Origin: Clostridiales bacterium
Lineage (GTDB): Bacteria; Bacillota; Clostridia; Christensenellales; CAG-138
DNA length: 64,000 bases
Assembly: GCA_009779405.1 (NCBI GenBank)
Contig: WREI01000006.1
Span: 1,171-65,170 of the forward strand
Direction: 5' to 3'
The translations under genes were made by a program, and so were the position numbers. Below, one piece after another: positions 1 through 10,382 of the stretch (positions are counted from its first letter, which is position 1; every line of letters starts with the position of its first letter). Below the pieces are notes generated by a model. The model did not search any database, had not been told where the DNA came from, and worked only from the letters and a program-made list of their open reading frames with translations.

Positions 1-954
1 GCGCATCTCTGCCTTGGATACCGAAAGGTTGTCCCGCAGGCGCAGTCTTGCGCGGCTGTCTTTGGCGAACAGGCGCGAAAAAATATAACGTGGTCTGCCG
101 AGCAGGCGCAAAAAATGAGACAGTCTGCCGCCGCTCTGCGCGAGTTCGTTCGTCTCCCGCTGTACAGAGCCGCCCAGGGCAGTACCGCTGAGCAGATATT
201 TTGAGAAGGCAAGCTGTGTTGTATCCAACTCCACGCCGGACATCCATGCCGCGTACAGCGTCTCCGCCGACCTTGCCAAATCTGTGTCGGCAAACGAGCC
301 GTATGCCCCGCCATACAATCCGATATCCAGAATAAAGCGCGCGCCCGCGCCCGCCGCGCGCAGATGTTTGGCGAAATGCGTAAGCAGCGCGGCATAAAAA
401 TCGGCGGCGCGGAGCCTGCCGTCCGCCGCCCGCGCCCGCATCCCGTCCTCGCGCCCGCGCGGAATCCCGTCCAAACGAGCGTGCAGTTCCACACAGAGAC
501 AGGGCGGCGCTGTCAGCACGCTCTCGTCCGCCTTTTGCGCATACAGACTATAGCCCTCCGCACAGAGCAATGCTGTCGCCCGCGCCAAGTCCTCGTGCGC
601 GACCCAAAAATCCAAGTCCGTCATATGCCGCAGATGCGGCTCGGGATACAGTTCGCGCAGAACGATCCCGCGCAGGGGAAGACAGTCCGGCAGTAAAGTC
701 AAAACCCTCTCCGCCGCCTCCGTTTGCAAGCGCGCCCGCTCCATATCCAAGACTCGCACCTGTTCCAAGGCGTGCAGCAGGCTCGTCGGCGTATCCGCTC
801 TCCGCTCCAAGGCCCGCAAGATGAGACTCTCCAAATGCTGGCGCCGTGCCAAGTCAAACAACACGCGCCCGCGCAGAGCCGACGGCGGCGCGGGTGGGCA
901 AGTCTCTGCCAACCCATGCCGCAACAGCACGAGAAAATATAACTCTTCGGGCAT
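1..954 (-). CDS. Nucleotidyltransferase-family protein (uncharacterised NTP_transf_5-like); 3' end cut by the window edge
   Basis: Absent from the ORF track because it runs off the left edge. My minus-strand translation from ATG 954..952 stays open to base 1 (MPEELYFLVLLRHGL...LRGIVLRELYPEPHLRHMTDLDFWVAHEDLARATALLCAEGY...). The Y-x5-R-x3-D-L-D-F block resembles the uncharacterised nucleotidyltransferase family seen in polysaccharide loci. It starts 11 nt after the upstream GT2 stop. Confidence 0.55.
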   Translation of the reverse strand, partial: MPEELYFLVLLRHGLAETCPPAPPSALRGRVLFDLARRQHLESLILRALERRADTPTSLLHALEQVRVLDMERARLQTEAAERVLTLLPDCLPLRGIVLRELYPEPHLRHMTDLDFWVAHEDLARATALLCAEGYSLYAQKADESVLTAPPCLCVELHARLDGIPRGREDGMRARAADGRLRAADFYAALLTHFAKHLRAAGAGARFILDIGLYGGAYGSFADTDLARSAETLYAAWMSGVELDTTQLAFSKYLLSGTALGGSVQRETNELAQSGGRLSHFLRLLGRPRYIFSRLFAKDSRARLRLRDNLSVSKAEMR

Positions 955-965
955 CAGCGCTGCAC

Positions 966-1934
966 TCATACGTCCAAATCCCTGTGCAAAATCCTGTGCA
1001 GCAGACAAAACAACAGAGGGGAAATATAGAAAATCAGAAATTTCACGCGGACAGAGAAGCGCAGTTCCCGCCCGCGCTGTGGATAGAGCCTGCGAAACGC
1101 TGCGGCGACCTCGCGCCGCTTCGCCTTCCAATTCTTTTTATCGGCATACATATCAAAATAGATACTGCACATAAAATGCAAGCCGCTCATGCGTTGCAGT
1201 TGCGCCGCTTCCGCGTCCCACTCTTGTAGTTCGGCAATCCATTCCTGGATCTTGTCCACCATGGTCAGCTGGCTTGCGCGGAAAGCACCGCGCACCGCGC
1301 TGTCCTCGCTCTGCACATAGTGATAGAGCGGACGACTGTCCAAATAAACGCGTTCCGCGCGCATCAGCACGTGCCGTGCAAATTCCGTGTCCTCGCCCCG
1401 CGCCAGACCGGGGGTAAAGCGCGTATCGCCGACTATCGCGCGGGTAAACAATTTCGCCCAGGCAAAGGGTGAGCAGCGGTACAGCGCCTGCACGGCACCC
1501 CTGCCGTCAACCAATCCATACTGCGCCGCGTTCAGTTCGTGCAGAGTTTCCGTCCCGCCGCGCTTGACCCAATGTTCCAAACCCACTGCGTCCGCATTTT
1601 GCGACGCCGCAATTTGCAATAAATGCGCGTATGCGTCCGGTTCCAGATAATCGTCGCTATCCAGAAAGTGCAGCCACTGTCCGCGCGCAAGTTCGAGCCC
1701 TGTGTTCCGCGCAACACTGACGCCGCTGTTGGGGATGGAACGAAAAACCACGCGCCCATCCCTCTCGGTGTACTCGCGACAAATTTCGCCGCTCCCGTCC
1801 GTGCTGCCGTCGTCCACCAGAATCAGTTCCCAATCCGAAAAGCTCTGCCCAAAAACGGACTCCACGCAAGCACGCAGATAACGCCCGGGGTTATACACGG
1901 GTACGATCACGGACAGCGTGGGTTGTTCGCTCAT
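966..1934 (-). CDS. Glycosyltransferase family 2
   Basis: Carries the GT-A signature LSVIVPVYNPGRYLRACVESVFGQSFSDWELILVDDGSTDGS and a DxD motif (LDSDD). The ORF-track start at 1940 is GTG. ATG 1934 overlaps the upstream stop as ATGA and has GAGGG upstream. Confidence 0.85.
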   Translation of the reverse strand: MSEQPTLSVIVPVYNPGRYLRACVESVFGQSFSDWELILVDDGSTDGSGEICREYTERDGRVVFRSIPNSGVSVARNTGLELARGQWLHFLDSDDYLEPDAYAHLLQIAASQNADAVGLEHWVKRGGTETLHELNAAQYGLVDGRGAVQALYRCSPFAWAKLFTRAIVGDTRFTPGLARGEDTEFARHVLMRAERVYLDSRPLYHYVQSEDSAVRGAFRASQLTMVDKIQEWIAELQEWDAEAAQLQRMSGLHFMCSIYFDMYADKKNWKAKRREVAAAFRRLYPQRGRELRFSVRVKFLIFYISPLLFCLLHRILHRDLDV

Positions 1935-2926
1935 TTGCACACCCTCTTCTTCGGGTTGATGCCATAGGTGTAAGAAATATCCGCGGCATAGTCCCGCAGC
2001 CTACGCTTGAGGGAGCGGGGCGTATGCAAGAAGGCCCGCCTGTCAAACAGGAGCGATATCGCAAGAAAAGGATTCCTCGTCTCCTGCAAGCGTATGCGCT
2101 TTTCAATATATGCAGCCGCTTGTTCAATTTGTTTCGCCTGTTTTGCCGTCAAAAGCGCGGCAATTGTGGGCGTCTCCAAAAACCACCTGTGCGCGGCGGC
2201 GGCCTGTTTCCAGCGTGACAGGCGCAAAGTGGGCGTCGTCCCTTGCACGGTAGAGGAACGAACCCGCTCCCTGGAAGAATTCTGCCCATGGATGCGATGC
2301 AAAAACGTAACGCGCCGCAGTTTTTCGACCCCGCCCATCGCGCAGCTCATCACCGCTAAAAACCAATCCTGCCCGATGCTTTGCCAGCAATCGGGCGAAC
2401 CCAGCTCTCTTGCCGTTCGGATCACATCCCCGCGCACGCAGAACGCGCAGCCCGGATGCACCGAATGCGGTAGAAAATCAGTCAGCGGTATGGGATGCAA
2501 AGTATTATCTTCGCGATCCCATTTCTCCCGCCAAAACGGCTCCGAATGCGCGTCGCAATACCCATAGCCGCCGATCAAGAGCGACAGCTCCGGCCGCTGC
2601 TTCATCAGCGCCGCCATCACTTCCACCTTATCGGGCATCCAAATATCATCATGATCCACCACAAACACCAAATCGCCGTTCACGCGTTCCCATAGCGCCC
2701 TGTGTCCGCCGTCCAAACCCAAATGGGCATGGTCCTCCAACAAGTGCCAGTCCTTCAACCCATGTTTCGCAATAAACGCCGCAACAAGCGCCCGCGTCGC
2801 GTCCGAGCTGCCGTCATCGCGCACAAACACCTCATCCACGCGCCGCGTCTGCGCGCGTATGCTCTCCAACTGTTCCTCAATATATTTTTCGCCGTTATAA
2901 GCGGGGATATAGGCGGAGATTCTCAT
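1931..2926 (-). CDS. Glycosyltransferase family 2 (rhamnosyltransferase-like)
   Basis: ISAYIPAYNGEKYIEEQLESIRAQT...VFVRDDGSSD plus VVDHDDIW (DxD). The start overlaps the rfbB stop as ATGA. Confidence 0.85.
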   Translation of the reverse strand: MRISAYIPAYNGEKYIEEQLESIRAQTRRVDEVFVRDDGSSDATRALVAAFIAKHGLKDWHLLEDHAHLGLDGGHRALWERVNGDLVFVVDHDDIWMPDKVEVMAALMKQRPELSLLIGGYGYCDAHSEPFWREKWDREDNTLHPIPLTDFLPHSVHPGCAFCVRGDVIRTARELGSPDCWQSIGQDWFLAVMSCAMGGVEKLRRVTFLHRIHGQNSSRERVRSSTVQGTTPTLRLSRWKQAAAAHRWFLETPTIAALLTAKQAKQIEQAAAYIEKRIRLQETRNPFLAISLLFDRRAFLHTPRSLKRRLRDYAADISYTYGINPKKRVCK

Positions 2927-3942
2927 CGCGCGTCGTAGTTCCTTACATAATATGACTTATATTCGCCGCTTAAGATTTCCCGCCACCAGTCGGCATTGGC
3001 AAGATACCATTCCACGGTCCGACGCAGACCTGTATCAAAGTCAACGCGCGGTTCCCAGTCCAACTCCCGCCGCATTTTGGTCGCGTCTATCGCATAGCGC
3101 AAATCGTGGCCGGGGCGGTCGGTGACATACTGAATCAGGTTCTCGGGTTTGCCGAGTGTGCGCAACAGGGTTTGTACGACCTTCAAGTTCGACCGTTCCG
3201 CGTTGCCGCCTATGTTATACAGTTTGCCAATGCTGCCCCGCCGCAAAATGGCGTCGAGCGCGGCGCAATGGTCTTCCACATAGAGCCAGTCGCGCACGTT
3301 TTGCCCCTTGCCATAGATGGGCAGGGTTTCATCGGCCAGTGCGCGCGTGATCATCACGGGTATCAGCTTCTCGGGGAATTGATAGGGCCCGTAATTGTTT
3401 GAGCAGCGCGACACGGTGGCGGGCAGCGCAAAGGTGCGCGCATAGGCCAGCGCTAAGAGATCCGCCGCTGCTTTGCTCGCCGAATAGGGGGAGGAGGGGG
3501 AGAGCGGCGTGGATTCGGTGAACTTCAAATCGGGCCTATCCAACGGCAAATCCCCGTACACCTCATCCGTGCCCACCTGATGGAAGCGGATATTGCCAAA
3601 ACTACGGCAGGCATCCAGCAGCACCTGTGTACCCAATACATTCGTCCGCACAAAGATACCGGGATCCATGAGGGAGCGGTCGACATGGCTCTCCGCCGCG
3701 AAGTGTATGACCGCATCCGGCCTTTCCGCTTCAAAAATATCGAAAATCGCCGCTCGATTCGCCACATCGGCCTTATAGAATCGAAAATTTGCGTGCTCCC
3801 GCGCGCGTTCCAGCGACGCGAGATTGCCCGCATAGGTCAGCGCGTCCACGCAGGTGAGGGAATCCGCCGGGTATTTGGCCAGTATATAATAGATAAAATT
3901 GCAGCCGATAAAGCCCGCACCGCCCGTGACAAGCAGTTTCAT
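2923..3942 (-). CDS. rfbB: dTDP-glucose 4,6-dehydratase
   Basis: KLLVTGGAGFIGCNF Rossmann motif and YSASKAAAD (YxxxK). Full-length and colinear with RfbB/RmlB. The start overlaps the rfbC stop as ATGA. Confidence 0.95.
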   Translation of the reverse strand: MKLLVTGGAGFIGCNFIYYILAKYPADSLTCVDALTYAGNLASLERAREHANFRFYKADVANRAAIFDIFEAERPDAVIHFAAESHVDRSLMDPGIFVRTNVLGTQVLLDACRSFGNIRFHQVGTDEVYGDLPLDRPDLKFTESTPLSPSSPYSASKAAADLLALAYARTFALPATVSRCSNNYGPYQFPEKLIPVMITRALADETLPIYGKGQNVRDWLYVEDHCAALDAILRRGSIGKLYNIGGNAERSNLKVVQTLLRTLGKPENLIQYVTDRPGHDLRYAIDATKMRRELDWEPRVDFDTGLRRTVEWYLANADWWREILSGEYKSYYVRNYDAR

Positions 3943-4502
3943 AGTTCCTCTCCATACACAAAATTACAATCGCCATCCGCAAAGAACGGCGCGTTTTTAT
4001 CCTTCTCAGACAAGATCGGCTCCGCAACACCCCAGTCGATGTCAAAGAGCGGGTCGTTGAAACGTATGCCCCTGTCTAACGCGGGGGCATAGGTGCTGTC
4101 CACCTTATAGGAGAACAGCACCGCATCGGTCAGCGTCACAAAGCCGTGCCCGAAGCCCCGGGGGACAAAGAGCTGGCGCCCGTTTTCCGCACTCAGATGC
4201 ACCCGCACCCACTTGCCGAACCTGGGCGAGCCGCGGCGCAGGTCGACGGCAACGTCATACACTTCGCCGCGCAGTACGCGCACCAGCTTCGCCTGCGCCG
4301 CCGGGATATTCTGAAAATGCAGGCCGCGCAGGGTGCCGCGTTGGGCCGTGAAACTCTCATTGTCCTGCACAAAATCACAGGTGATGCCGCATTCAGCCAG
4401 CTTGGCCTTGGAATAGGTCTCGCAAAACCAGCCGCGGGAGTCGCCGTGGCGCGCGGGTTCCAACAGGATTACCCCGGACAATTCCGTTTCCGTGTATCGC
4501 AT
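3939..4502 (-). CDS. rfbC: dTDP-4-dehydrorhamnose 3,5-epimerase
   Basis: ORF-track entry 3939..4832 carries a 110-aa Arg/Ala-rich extension that overlaps rfbA. The real start is ATG 4502 ([30 protein letters not shown], the cupin epimerase signature), with a TAATG overlap on the rfbA stop. Confidence 0.93.
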   Translation of the reverse strand: MRYTETELSGVILLEPARHGDSRGWFCETYSKAKLAECGITCDFVQDNESFTAQRGTLRGLHFQNIPAAQAKLVRVLRGEVYDVAVDLRRGSPRFGKWVRVHLSAENGRQLFVPRGFGHGFVTLTDAVLFSYKVDSTYAPALDRGIRFNDPLFDIDWGVAEPILSEKDKNAPFFADGDCNFVYGEEL

Positions 4503-5377
4503 TATCTTCCCTCCGCCACTCGAATCAAATACTGCCCGTAGGGGGAGCTGCCATAGCGCCCGGCGGACGCCAGCAGTTCGCCGCTTGTCAGCCAGCGGTT
4601 GCGGAACGCAATCTCCTCCGGCGCGGAAATCTGAATGCCCTGGCGGCTCTGCACCATGCGCACAAAGTCGGCCGCTTCGCAGAGCGAATCCGCCGTACCC
4701 ATATCGAGCCACGCGAAACCGCGCCGCAGCAGTTGCGCCCGCAGCGCACCCGCTTCTAAGTAGAGCCGATTCAGATCGGTAATCTCCAATTCCCCCCGCG
4801 CGCTCGGGCGCAATGCCTTCGCGAATTCGCAAACCCGCGCATCGTAAAAATACAGTCCCGTCACGCAGAGATTCGACTTCGGCGCGGCGGGCTTTTCCTC
4901 TATGGAAAGCACGGCGCCATCCGCATCCAACTCCATAATGCCGAAGCGATGCGGATCCGGCACATGATAGCCGAATACGGTGGCTATACCATCCGCGGCA
5001 TCCCGCGCCGCCTGCCGGAGATAGCCGCCCAGTCCGTTGCCATAAAAGAGATTGTCCCCCAGCACCATCGCGCAGGCGTCGCCGCCCACAAACGTCTCGC
5101 CAATGAGAAAGGCCTGCGCCAGCCCGCCGGGCGCACTCTGTACGGCATAGGACAGGGAAACGCCCATGCCCGCGCCGTCCCCCAGTAGCTGCGCAAAGCG
5201 CGGCGTGTCCTCGGGCGTGGAGATAATCAGAATCTCCCGTATCCCCGCCAGCATCAGCACGGAGAGCGGATAATAGATCATGGGCTTGTCATAGACGGGC
5301 AGGAGTTGCTTGCTGGTGACCAAGGTCAGCGGATACAACCGCGTACCCGCCCCTCCCGCGAGGATAATGCCTTTCAT
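4502..5377 (-). CDS. rfbA: Glucose-1-phosphate thymidylyltransferase
   Basis: [36 protein letters not shown] signature, full length. The start overlaps the upstream stop as ATGA. Confidence 0.95.
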   Translation of the reverse strand: MKGIILAGGAGTRLYPLTLVTSKQLLPVYDKPMIYYPLSVLMLAGIREILIISTPEDTPRFAQLLGDGAGMGVSLSYAVQSAPGGLAQAFLIGETFVGGDACAMVLGDNLFYGNGLGGYLRQAARDAADGIATVFGYHVPDPHRFGIMELDADGAVLSIEEKPAAPKSNLCVTGLYFYDARVCEFAKALRPSARGELEITDLNRLYLEAGALRAQLLRRGFAWLDMGTADSLCEAADFVRMVQSRQGIQISAPEEIAFRNRWLTSGELLASAGRYGSSPYGQYLIRVAEGR

Positions 5378-6507
5378 TTGGGTCTCCCCCCTTGTGCTTT
5401 TTCCATCGCTTCCCGCAAGAACGCAATGGAAGTTTCTCTTTCCGTTAATAATTTTCCATCTAAAGCACTATAATCTGGAGGAACATATTTTCCTCTGTCA
5501 ACATACCCACCCGTTATGCTCAACTTGCCCAACAGGGTTCCAATGCGGTCATCGCTCTTATACCCCGATTCCGCGCGAACAAACGCCGCAAATGGCTTGC
5601 GAAACAAAACAGAGAAGGCAACGCCGTGGAAAGAATCCGTGCAGAACAAATTGGCGTGGGCTATGAGCCAAAGGAATTCCGCGGGATCGTATTGATATTC
5701 TATCGACTTCTTCGGATTTTGCAACTCTATAATTTCCAAACCCCGTTGCGCCGCCAACCTGTGTATATCGCGCCTGTATTGCCGCGTCATTTCGCCCAAA
5801 AAATAGCACAACACATAGGGGTTTTGCGGCACGTCTGCAGGCGCGCGGCCCATGTGCTCCCAAACCGCCGCGTCTATGCACAGGGTCGGATCCAGCACAA
5901 CGGGCGCCTGACGCCCCGTCAGTTCCGCAATAATTCTCGCTCCGCTTTCCTCCCGCACCGACAGATGAGGGATATCGGCGATCCACTTCGCGTAAAGTTC
6001 CTTTCGGATTTCCGGGATCTCCTGCACCCCAAAACTGGGCGCGTAGGCGATGCGTTGTTCCTGCGGCGCGAATTGCAGAAAGCGAACGGAGGAGGTATGC
6101 GTATAGAGAGGATTCCAAACCTGATCCGAGCCCGTGACAAACGCGGCATATACGCGCAACATATCCGAATCGGAAAAGGACGCGTTGGACAAAGAAACTT
6201 CACTGTCAACAACATAATCCTGCAAGAACGCATCAAAACGCTGCTTGCGCGCGGTCTGCAAGGCCTTACATTTCCGTCGCCGCGCCGCCAGCAGGCGATA
6301 GCGCAACACCTCCCATATATGCCCGGGTCGCAGACGTCGGCGCAATGACTCCTTGGGCAGCGGATCGGCAAACCCGCAGACCGTGCTATCCCGCAAGGTC
6401 TCCACTTCCACGCCCAAATCGCGCAAAAGCAGCACCATGGCGACATGCTGCAGCGCATTGCCATAGTTGCTGCCCTCCCGCAATGTCATCAATGCAACCT
6501 TCTTCAT
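5374..6507 (-). CDS. Polysaccharide pyruvyl transferase family protein
   Basis: Motifs [15 protein letters not shown] and [10 protein letters not shown] are typical of CsaB/WcaK-type pyruvyl transferases. I chose ATG 6507 as the start because it overlaps the upstream stop as ATGA. Alternative starts are 6522 and 6582. Confidence 0.8.
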   Translation of the reverse strand: MKKVALMTLREGSNYGNALQHVAMVLLLRDLGVEVETLRDSTVCGFADPLPKESLRRRLRPGHIWEVLRYRLLAARRRKCKALQTARKQRFDAFLQDYVVDSEVSLSNASFSDSDMLRVYAAFVTGSDQVWNPLYTHTSSVRFLQFAPQEQRIAYAPSFGVQEIPEIRKELYAKWIADIPHLSVREESGARIIAELTGRQAPVVLDPTLCIDAAVWEHMGRAPADVPQNPYVLCYFLGEMTRQYRRDIHRLAAQRGLEIIELQNPKKSIEYQYDPAEFLWLIAHANLFCTDSFHGVAFSVLFRKPFAAFVRAESGYKSDDRIGTLLGKLSITGGYVDRGKYVPPDYSALDGKLLTERETSIAFLREAMEKAQGGRPK

Positions 6508-7595
6508 CGCTGCCAAATCCATTTCCACTCCTGCAAACCCCCCGCTTCGACGAACCAATATACGATATATAGCGCAACACAAAGCGCGGTTACCAGTGAG
6601 CGCACCTTTTTATTGGGCGCGAGTTCCAATATATGTGGGATGCCGATGACGGCATACAAATTTGTATATATGCCGATACGTGCGAAATACGCGCTGTTCA
6701 TACTGGCGGTCACCAGCGCGGCATTAAAGAGCGTGAGATTTGCATAAAACTCCTTTTCGGTGTCCCAAAGGGGCAATTCACTCCATGTCTTCCTCTCCTT
6801 AAAAAAGTATAGGAGCAGTATTGGTGCCCAAGAAACCAGAATGCGGGGAAGCTGCACGACCCTCGTCGCATAGTTGCCCCCAGCTCCCAACAGATAGTTT
6901 TCCTGCCCGCGCACCTCATCCACAAAACTAAAAATGCGATCATAGGAGAGCATGCCAACAAGGACAATAATCGCTATAATTGTCCACTGTCGTTTATCTA
7001 AATTCTTGCCTGCAAAGAAATAGGGGAGTATCAAGAGCCATGCAGAAACGTGAAACAGCCCGCCAAAAAAGATGACGATCGCGTACCTCCAGAATTTCCT
7101 CTCCAAAATCAGCCGATGTCCTGCGAATACAACGGCGGCAGCCGCACATTGGCGTATGGCATTGAATGTGACATGCCAACCGCCCATCAGCATATAGAGT
7201 AAAATGCTTAGACATACGACGGGGGAATATTTGCCGATGGTGATAACCACAAGTCCTATAGTAAAAAGTGCTGACACGAAAAAGAAAGACGCATAGTCAG
7301 CATAGAACAGCTTTCCGATTTTTGCCAGCACATAGATGCCCGGTTCCTGCACACGAATGATTTCCAGAAAACCTGCTGGTGAATAATGCGCGTCATAGTT
7401 GAGGGCATATTGTGGATAATCCACACCGACGCGATAGCGTAGCCCCGCCACAATGGCGAGCGAGAGAAAAAGGAATACTGCAATCAGGGGCGATTTGCCA
7501 AGGGGTTTACTACGGATAAATCTCTCCCCCGACTGCCTGTCGACAATCAGCCAGGTGAAAAGGACAAGCGCGATCAGCAAGTAATACTGTACCAT
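6504..7595 (-). CDS. EpsG/Wzy-like polysaccharide polymerase (integral membrane)
   Basis: 363 aa, hydrophobic almost throughout with roughly ten helices, and no soluble domain. It lies among GT genes in a visibly AT-richer block. Confidence 0.7.
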   Translation of the reverse strand: MVQYYLLIALVLFTWLIVDRQSGERFIRSKPLGKSPLIAVFLFLSLAIVAGLRYRVGVDYPQYALNYDAHYSPAGFLEIIRVQEPGIYVLAKIGKLFYADYASFFFVSALFTIGLVVITIGKYSPVVCLSILLYMLMGGWHVTFNAIRQCAAAAVVFAGHRLILERKFWRYAIVIFFGGLFHVSAWLLILPYFFAGKNLDKRQWTIIAIIVLVGMLSYDRIFSFVDEVRGQENYLLGAGGNYATRVVQLPRILVSWAPILLLYFFKERKTWSELPLWDTEKEFYANLTLFNAALVTASMNSAYFARIGIYTNLYAVIGIPHILELAPNKKVRSLVTALCVALYIVYWFVEAGGLQEWKWIWQR

Positions 7596-7596
7596 G

Positions 7597-8427
7597 CTAA
7601 CCCCCTTTTTTGCGCCGCAGATAGCGCGCCGCCTGCATACGTCGGAATATGCGTTGCACCCAATAGGGTGTCAGACTCTTTGCAGAATTTCCGATAAAAG
7701 CTGCCAAAAGCCAAAGCCGTGGATATTCCAGCAACTTGTGCGCGAAAACGATGCTGGGCCAAATCTGCCAACGGACGCGGAAAGAACGCCGTGCAATGGC
7801 GTTTGCGTCCTCTCGTACCCGGTAGAGCGGCTCCGCTAAATTCGCCCCTTGGAACCCGGCGTGAAAGAAGCGCGCCCAAAGGTCATAATCCTGCCCGCGC
7901 TCTGTGCGCGGCAATACGGTATAACCGCTGAGCGCGTCGTACACGCGCTTATAGGTCAAAATCGTCGCGTGGAAGAAGGGAGTGCGTTTGCGCAAGGTAA
8001 ATTTGTCCGGTACCGGCAATGCATACACAATATCAGTCAAACCGACTTCCGAAAAACGCTGCATGGCCGTGCCAACCAAATCCAGATTCGAATGTTCGGC
8101 CAAAAAAGTCACCTGTTTTTCCAACCGTGTTGGCTCAGAAATATCGTCCGCGTCCATGCGCGCAATGAGACTACCCGTGCAATGCTCCAAGCAGCGGTTC
8201 AGGCTGAAAGCGAGCTTTTTGTTCTCCGCGTTTTGCAGTAAGATAAATCTGTCCGGGTGCTTCTCTTTGTATTCACAGAGTATCGCCCCAGTACCATCCA
8301 CGCTGGCGTCATCGCAAATCACAAACTCAATTTCCGCATAACTCTGCGCCAAGATGGAATCCACCGCGTCGCGTAGGGTTCCTTCGGCATTGTAAGCAGC
8401 CATTATGACGGAAATTTTCTCAGCCAT
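7597..8427 (-). CDS. Glycosyltransferase family 2
   Basis: ISVIMAAYNAEGTLRDAVDSILAQSYAEIEFVICDDASVDGT and MDADD (DxD). Confidence 0.85.
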   Translation of the reverse strand: MAEKISVIMAAYNAEGTLRDAVDSILAQSYAEIEFVICDDASVDGTGAILCEYKEKHPDRFILLQNAENKKLAFSLNRCLEHCTGSLIARMDADDISEPTRLEKQVTFLAEHSNLDLVGTAMQRFSEVGLTDIVYALPVPDKFTLRKRTPFFHATILTYKRVYDALSGYTVLPRTERGQDYDLWARFFHAGFQGANLAEPLYRVREDANAIARRSFRVRWQIWPSIVFAHKLLEYPRLWLLAAFIGNSAKSLTPYWVQRIFRRMQAARYLRRKKGG

Positions 8428-9391
8428 GCTTTCCTCTCAAAACGATATGCGGGTTATTCAGATTAATCCAACTGCCCATGCGCAAATCCCACTCCGGCGG
8501 TTGTATATTCCTGCAACCCCCGGAATGGTAAAGTGTAATTTCCCCGAAATAGATTTTCCCATCCACATTGTAAAGATCCACGCGGCAGAATGGAAAGGGC
8601 TCACTTAGTTTTTGTGCAATTTCCTTCATTCGCGCATAGTTCTCAGGTTGTGGGTGCACAACGCCTGAGGTGCGATCCATATCGCTTATAGGCAGCGTGT
8701 GCAGTTCTGCGTCGCAATAATCTAGTGTGTAATTGCGGTTATAGGTTCCATTCGCATGAAAAGAGTCCTCCTTTACGCAGACCAAGCGCACTTCCCCTTC
8801 AAAAGAGAGGAACTTGTAATCTGTAGGCCAATGCCCGGCGCTATCTCGCAACATCCACTCCGCTATAATCTGCGGCGCTATGTTTTTATAGTTCCACTCT
8901 CGCGATAGCCATTGATATTTCCATCTGCTCTCAAAGGCAAGCGCGCGGCGAATCAGTGCTCTCCCCGTCTCATTATCCAACTCTCCGTCTTTACGAAAAA
9001 AGATATTCCCACCCGAACCTTTGTTGCACTTTAGGATACTTTCTTCGCTCAAAACATTGAAATCTATATTTTGTGCTCTATCCCAAATTCCGTACAACGG
9101 AACCAAAATATCCGCAAAACCGCATTCTGCCACATAGTCCCGCACGGCCAGCTTATCGCTGCACCTCGTCAATTGCGGATCTCTATTGTTCAACTTCAGC
9201 CACCACTGCTTATCGTCAAAGGTCTTCGGTTCTTTCAGATGCAATTCTTTATTACATGTGCGCCAATACACCCATTTTGCATATAAAACATCGGGTACAA
9301 CGGAAAGCAAAACAGAGCGTAATGCCATCCATTGCCTGTTGCGCAGTTTTTTTCGCAGCTCGCGGACAGAAGGGTTATCATTTTTTCGCAT
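8420..9391 (-). CDS. TupA-like ATP-grasp amidoligase (paralog 1)
   Basis: KLAVRDYV..GFADILVPLYGIW, PTDYKF and the C-terminal CRVDLYNVDGKIYFGEITLYHSGG match the teichuronopeptide TupA-type ATP-grasp family. AGGAG lies upstream of ATG 9391. Confidence 0.75.
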   Translation of the reverse strand: MRKNDNPSVRELRKKLRNRQWMALRSVLLSVVPDVLYAKWVYWRTCNKELHLKEPKTFDDKQWWLKLNNRDPQLTRCSDKLAVRDYVAECGFADILVPLYGIWDRAQNIDFNVLSEESILKCNKGSGGNIFFRKDGELDNETGRALIRRALAFESRWKYQWLSREWNYKNIAPQIIAEWMLRDSAGHWPTDYKFLSFEGEVRLVCVKEDSFHANGTYNRNYTLDYCDAELHTLPISDMDRTSGVVHPQPENYARMKEIAQKLSEPFPFCRVDLYNVDGKIYFGEITLYHSGGCRNIQPPEWDLRMGSWINLNNPHIVLRGKHG

Positions 9392-10382
9392 AACTTTTTC
9401 TCCTTTCGCTCTTATAAACTATGTGTTCACTGTTCAAATCTATCCAGCTGCCCAGGCGCAGATCCCATTCCGGTGGCTTTATATCATTGCAGCCGCCACC
9501 ATGATAGAAAGTAATCTCCCCGAAATAGATTTTTCCCTCCAAATTATAGAGGTCGACGCGGCAAAAGGGAAAGGGCGCGGAGAGCGCGCGGCAGATATTG
9601 ATCATACGTTCCCAATTATCCGGCCTTTCGACCGCCATATCCGAATTCTCCCGCGTCTCGAGCATGGGGAGCAATTGAAAATTCATATCATACACATTGC
9701 GGCGATAATGATGATTCAGGCTGCCATCCTCGTGCAACACACCCAAATCCAAAGTCAGGATGCGCGGTTCCCCGCCGAAACAGAAGAATTTGTAATCCAG
9801 CGGCAGTCTGCCATCCTTGTCGCGCAGCACAGCTTCGGCAATAATTTTCGGTGGCACATTTTTATAGTGCCACTCGCGGGAAATCAGGTGATATTTCTGT
9901 CGCAAAGCATAGTCCATCACCTTGCGCATATAGCGATGCTTTTGCGGGTTATCCAGCTCTCCGCCCTTCGCGAAGAGGAAGTTATCCCCGCTGCCAACAT
10001 TGGGTTTGACCATGGCTTCGTCGGCGAACGTGTCAAAATCTATATCCTTTGGACGCTCCCATATACCGAGTGTCGGAACCAAAATATCCGCGAAGCCCGC
10101 GTTTATCACATAGTCGCGCACGGCAACCTTGTCCGCGCAGTGCGTGAGCAGAGGATTGCGATTATGCAGTTTCAACCACCATATTTTCTCATCAAAGGTG
10201 CGGGGATCTTCTAGATGTAAGCTTTTACCCGTATACCGCTTGTACATCCATTTGGCATATTTGGTGTCCGGCATCACGCATAGCAGATGCGCGGTGAAAT
10301 TACGTATGCGCATATAATGCAAACGAAAAGATACACGGGTATCCGCCAATTTGCGCAGCCTTTCCTTTATTCCATACAACAT
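9378..10382 (-). CDS. TupA-like ATP-grasp amidoligase (paralog 2)
   Basis: Colinear with the downstream paralog, at roughly half identity by eye (KVAVRDYV..GFADILVPTLGIW..CRVDLYNLEGKIYFGEITFYHGGG). The ORF-track start 10385 is GTG. ATG 10382 overlaps the upstream stop as TGATG. Confidence 0.75.
   Translation of the reverse strand: MLYGIKERLRKLADTRVSFRLHYMRIRNFTAHLLCVMPDTKYAKWMYKRYTGKSLHLEDPRTFDEKIWWLKLHNRNPLLTHCADKVAVRDYVINAGFADILVPTLGIWERPKDIDFDTFADEAMVKPNVGSGDNFLFAKGGELDNPQKHRYMRKVMDYALRQKYHLISREWHYKNVPPKIIAEAVLRDKDGRLPLDYKFFCFGGEPRILTLDLGVLHEDGSLNHHYRRNVYDMNFQLLPMLETRENSDMAVERPDNWERMINICRALSAPFPFCRVDLYNLEGKIYFGEITFYHGGGCNDIKPPEWDLRLGSWIDLNSEHIVYKSERRKSYAKK

Noticed and set aside
364-1229. 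A cluster of short plus-strand ORFs at the left edge (364..696, 570..824, 821..1174, 846..1229).
   Set aside because: The minus strand is open from 954 to the window edge and encodes a plausible nucleotidyltransferase-family protein in operon context. The plus-strand ORFs are Arg/Pro/Ala-rich artefacts.
4530-4550. CCGTAGGGGGAGCTGCC inside rfbA as a REP copy.
   Set aside because: It has only a partial head match and no palindrome, and it encodes conserved C-terminal residues (SSPYGQY). This looks like chance similarity.
4503-4832. A 110-aa N-terminal extension of rfbC in the ORF track. Analogous long extensions occur at ttcA (21326), the aldolase (22087), CoADR (22900), ilvE (32868), the amidase (63017), the dockerin-LRR gene (47674), the lipoprotein (47504) and chrA (27265).
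   Set aside because: The extensions overlap upstream genes or repeats, are compositionally aberrant, and lack a Shine-Dalgarno sequence. Internal starts coincide with family N-termini, RBS sequences or ATGA/TAATG coupling.
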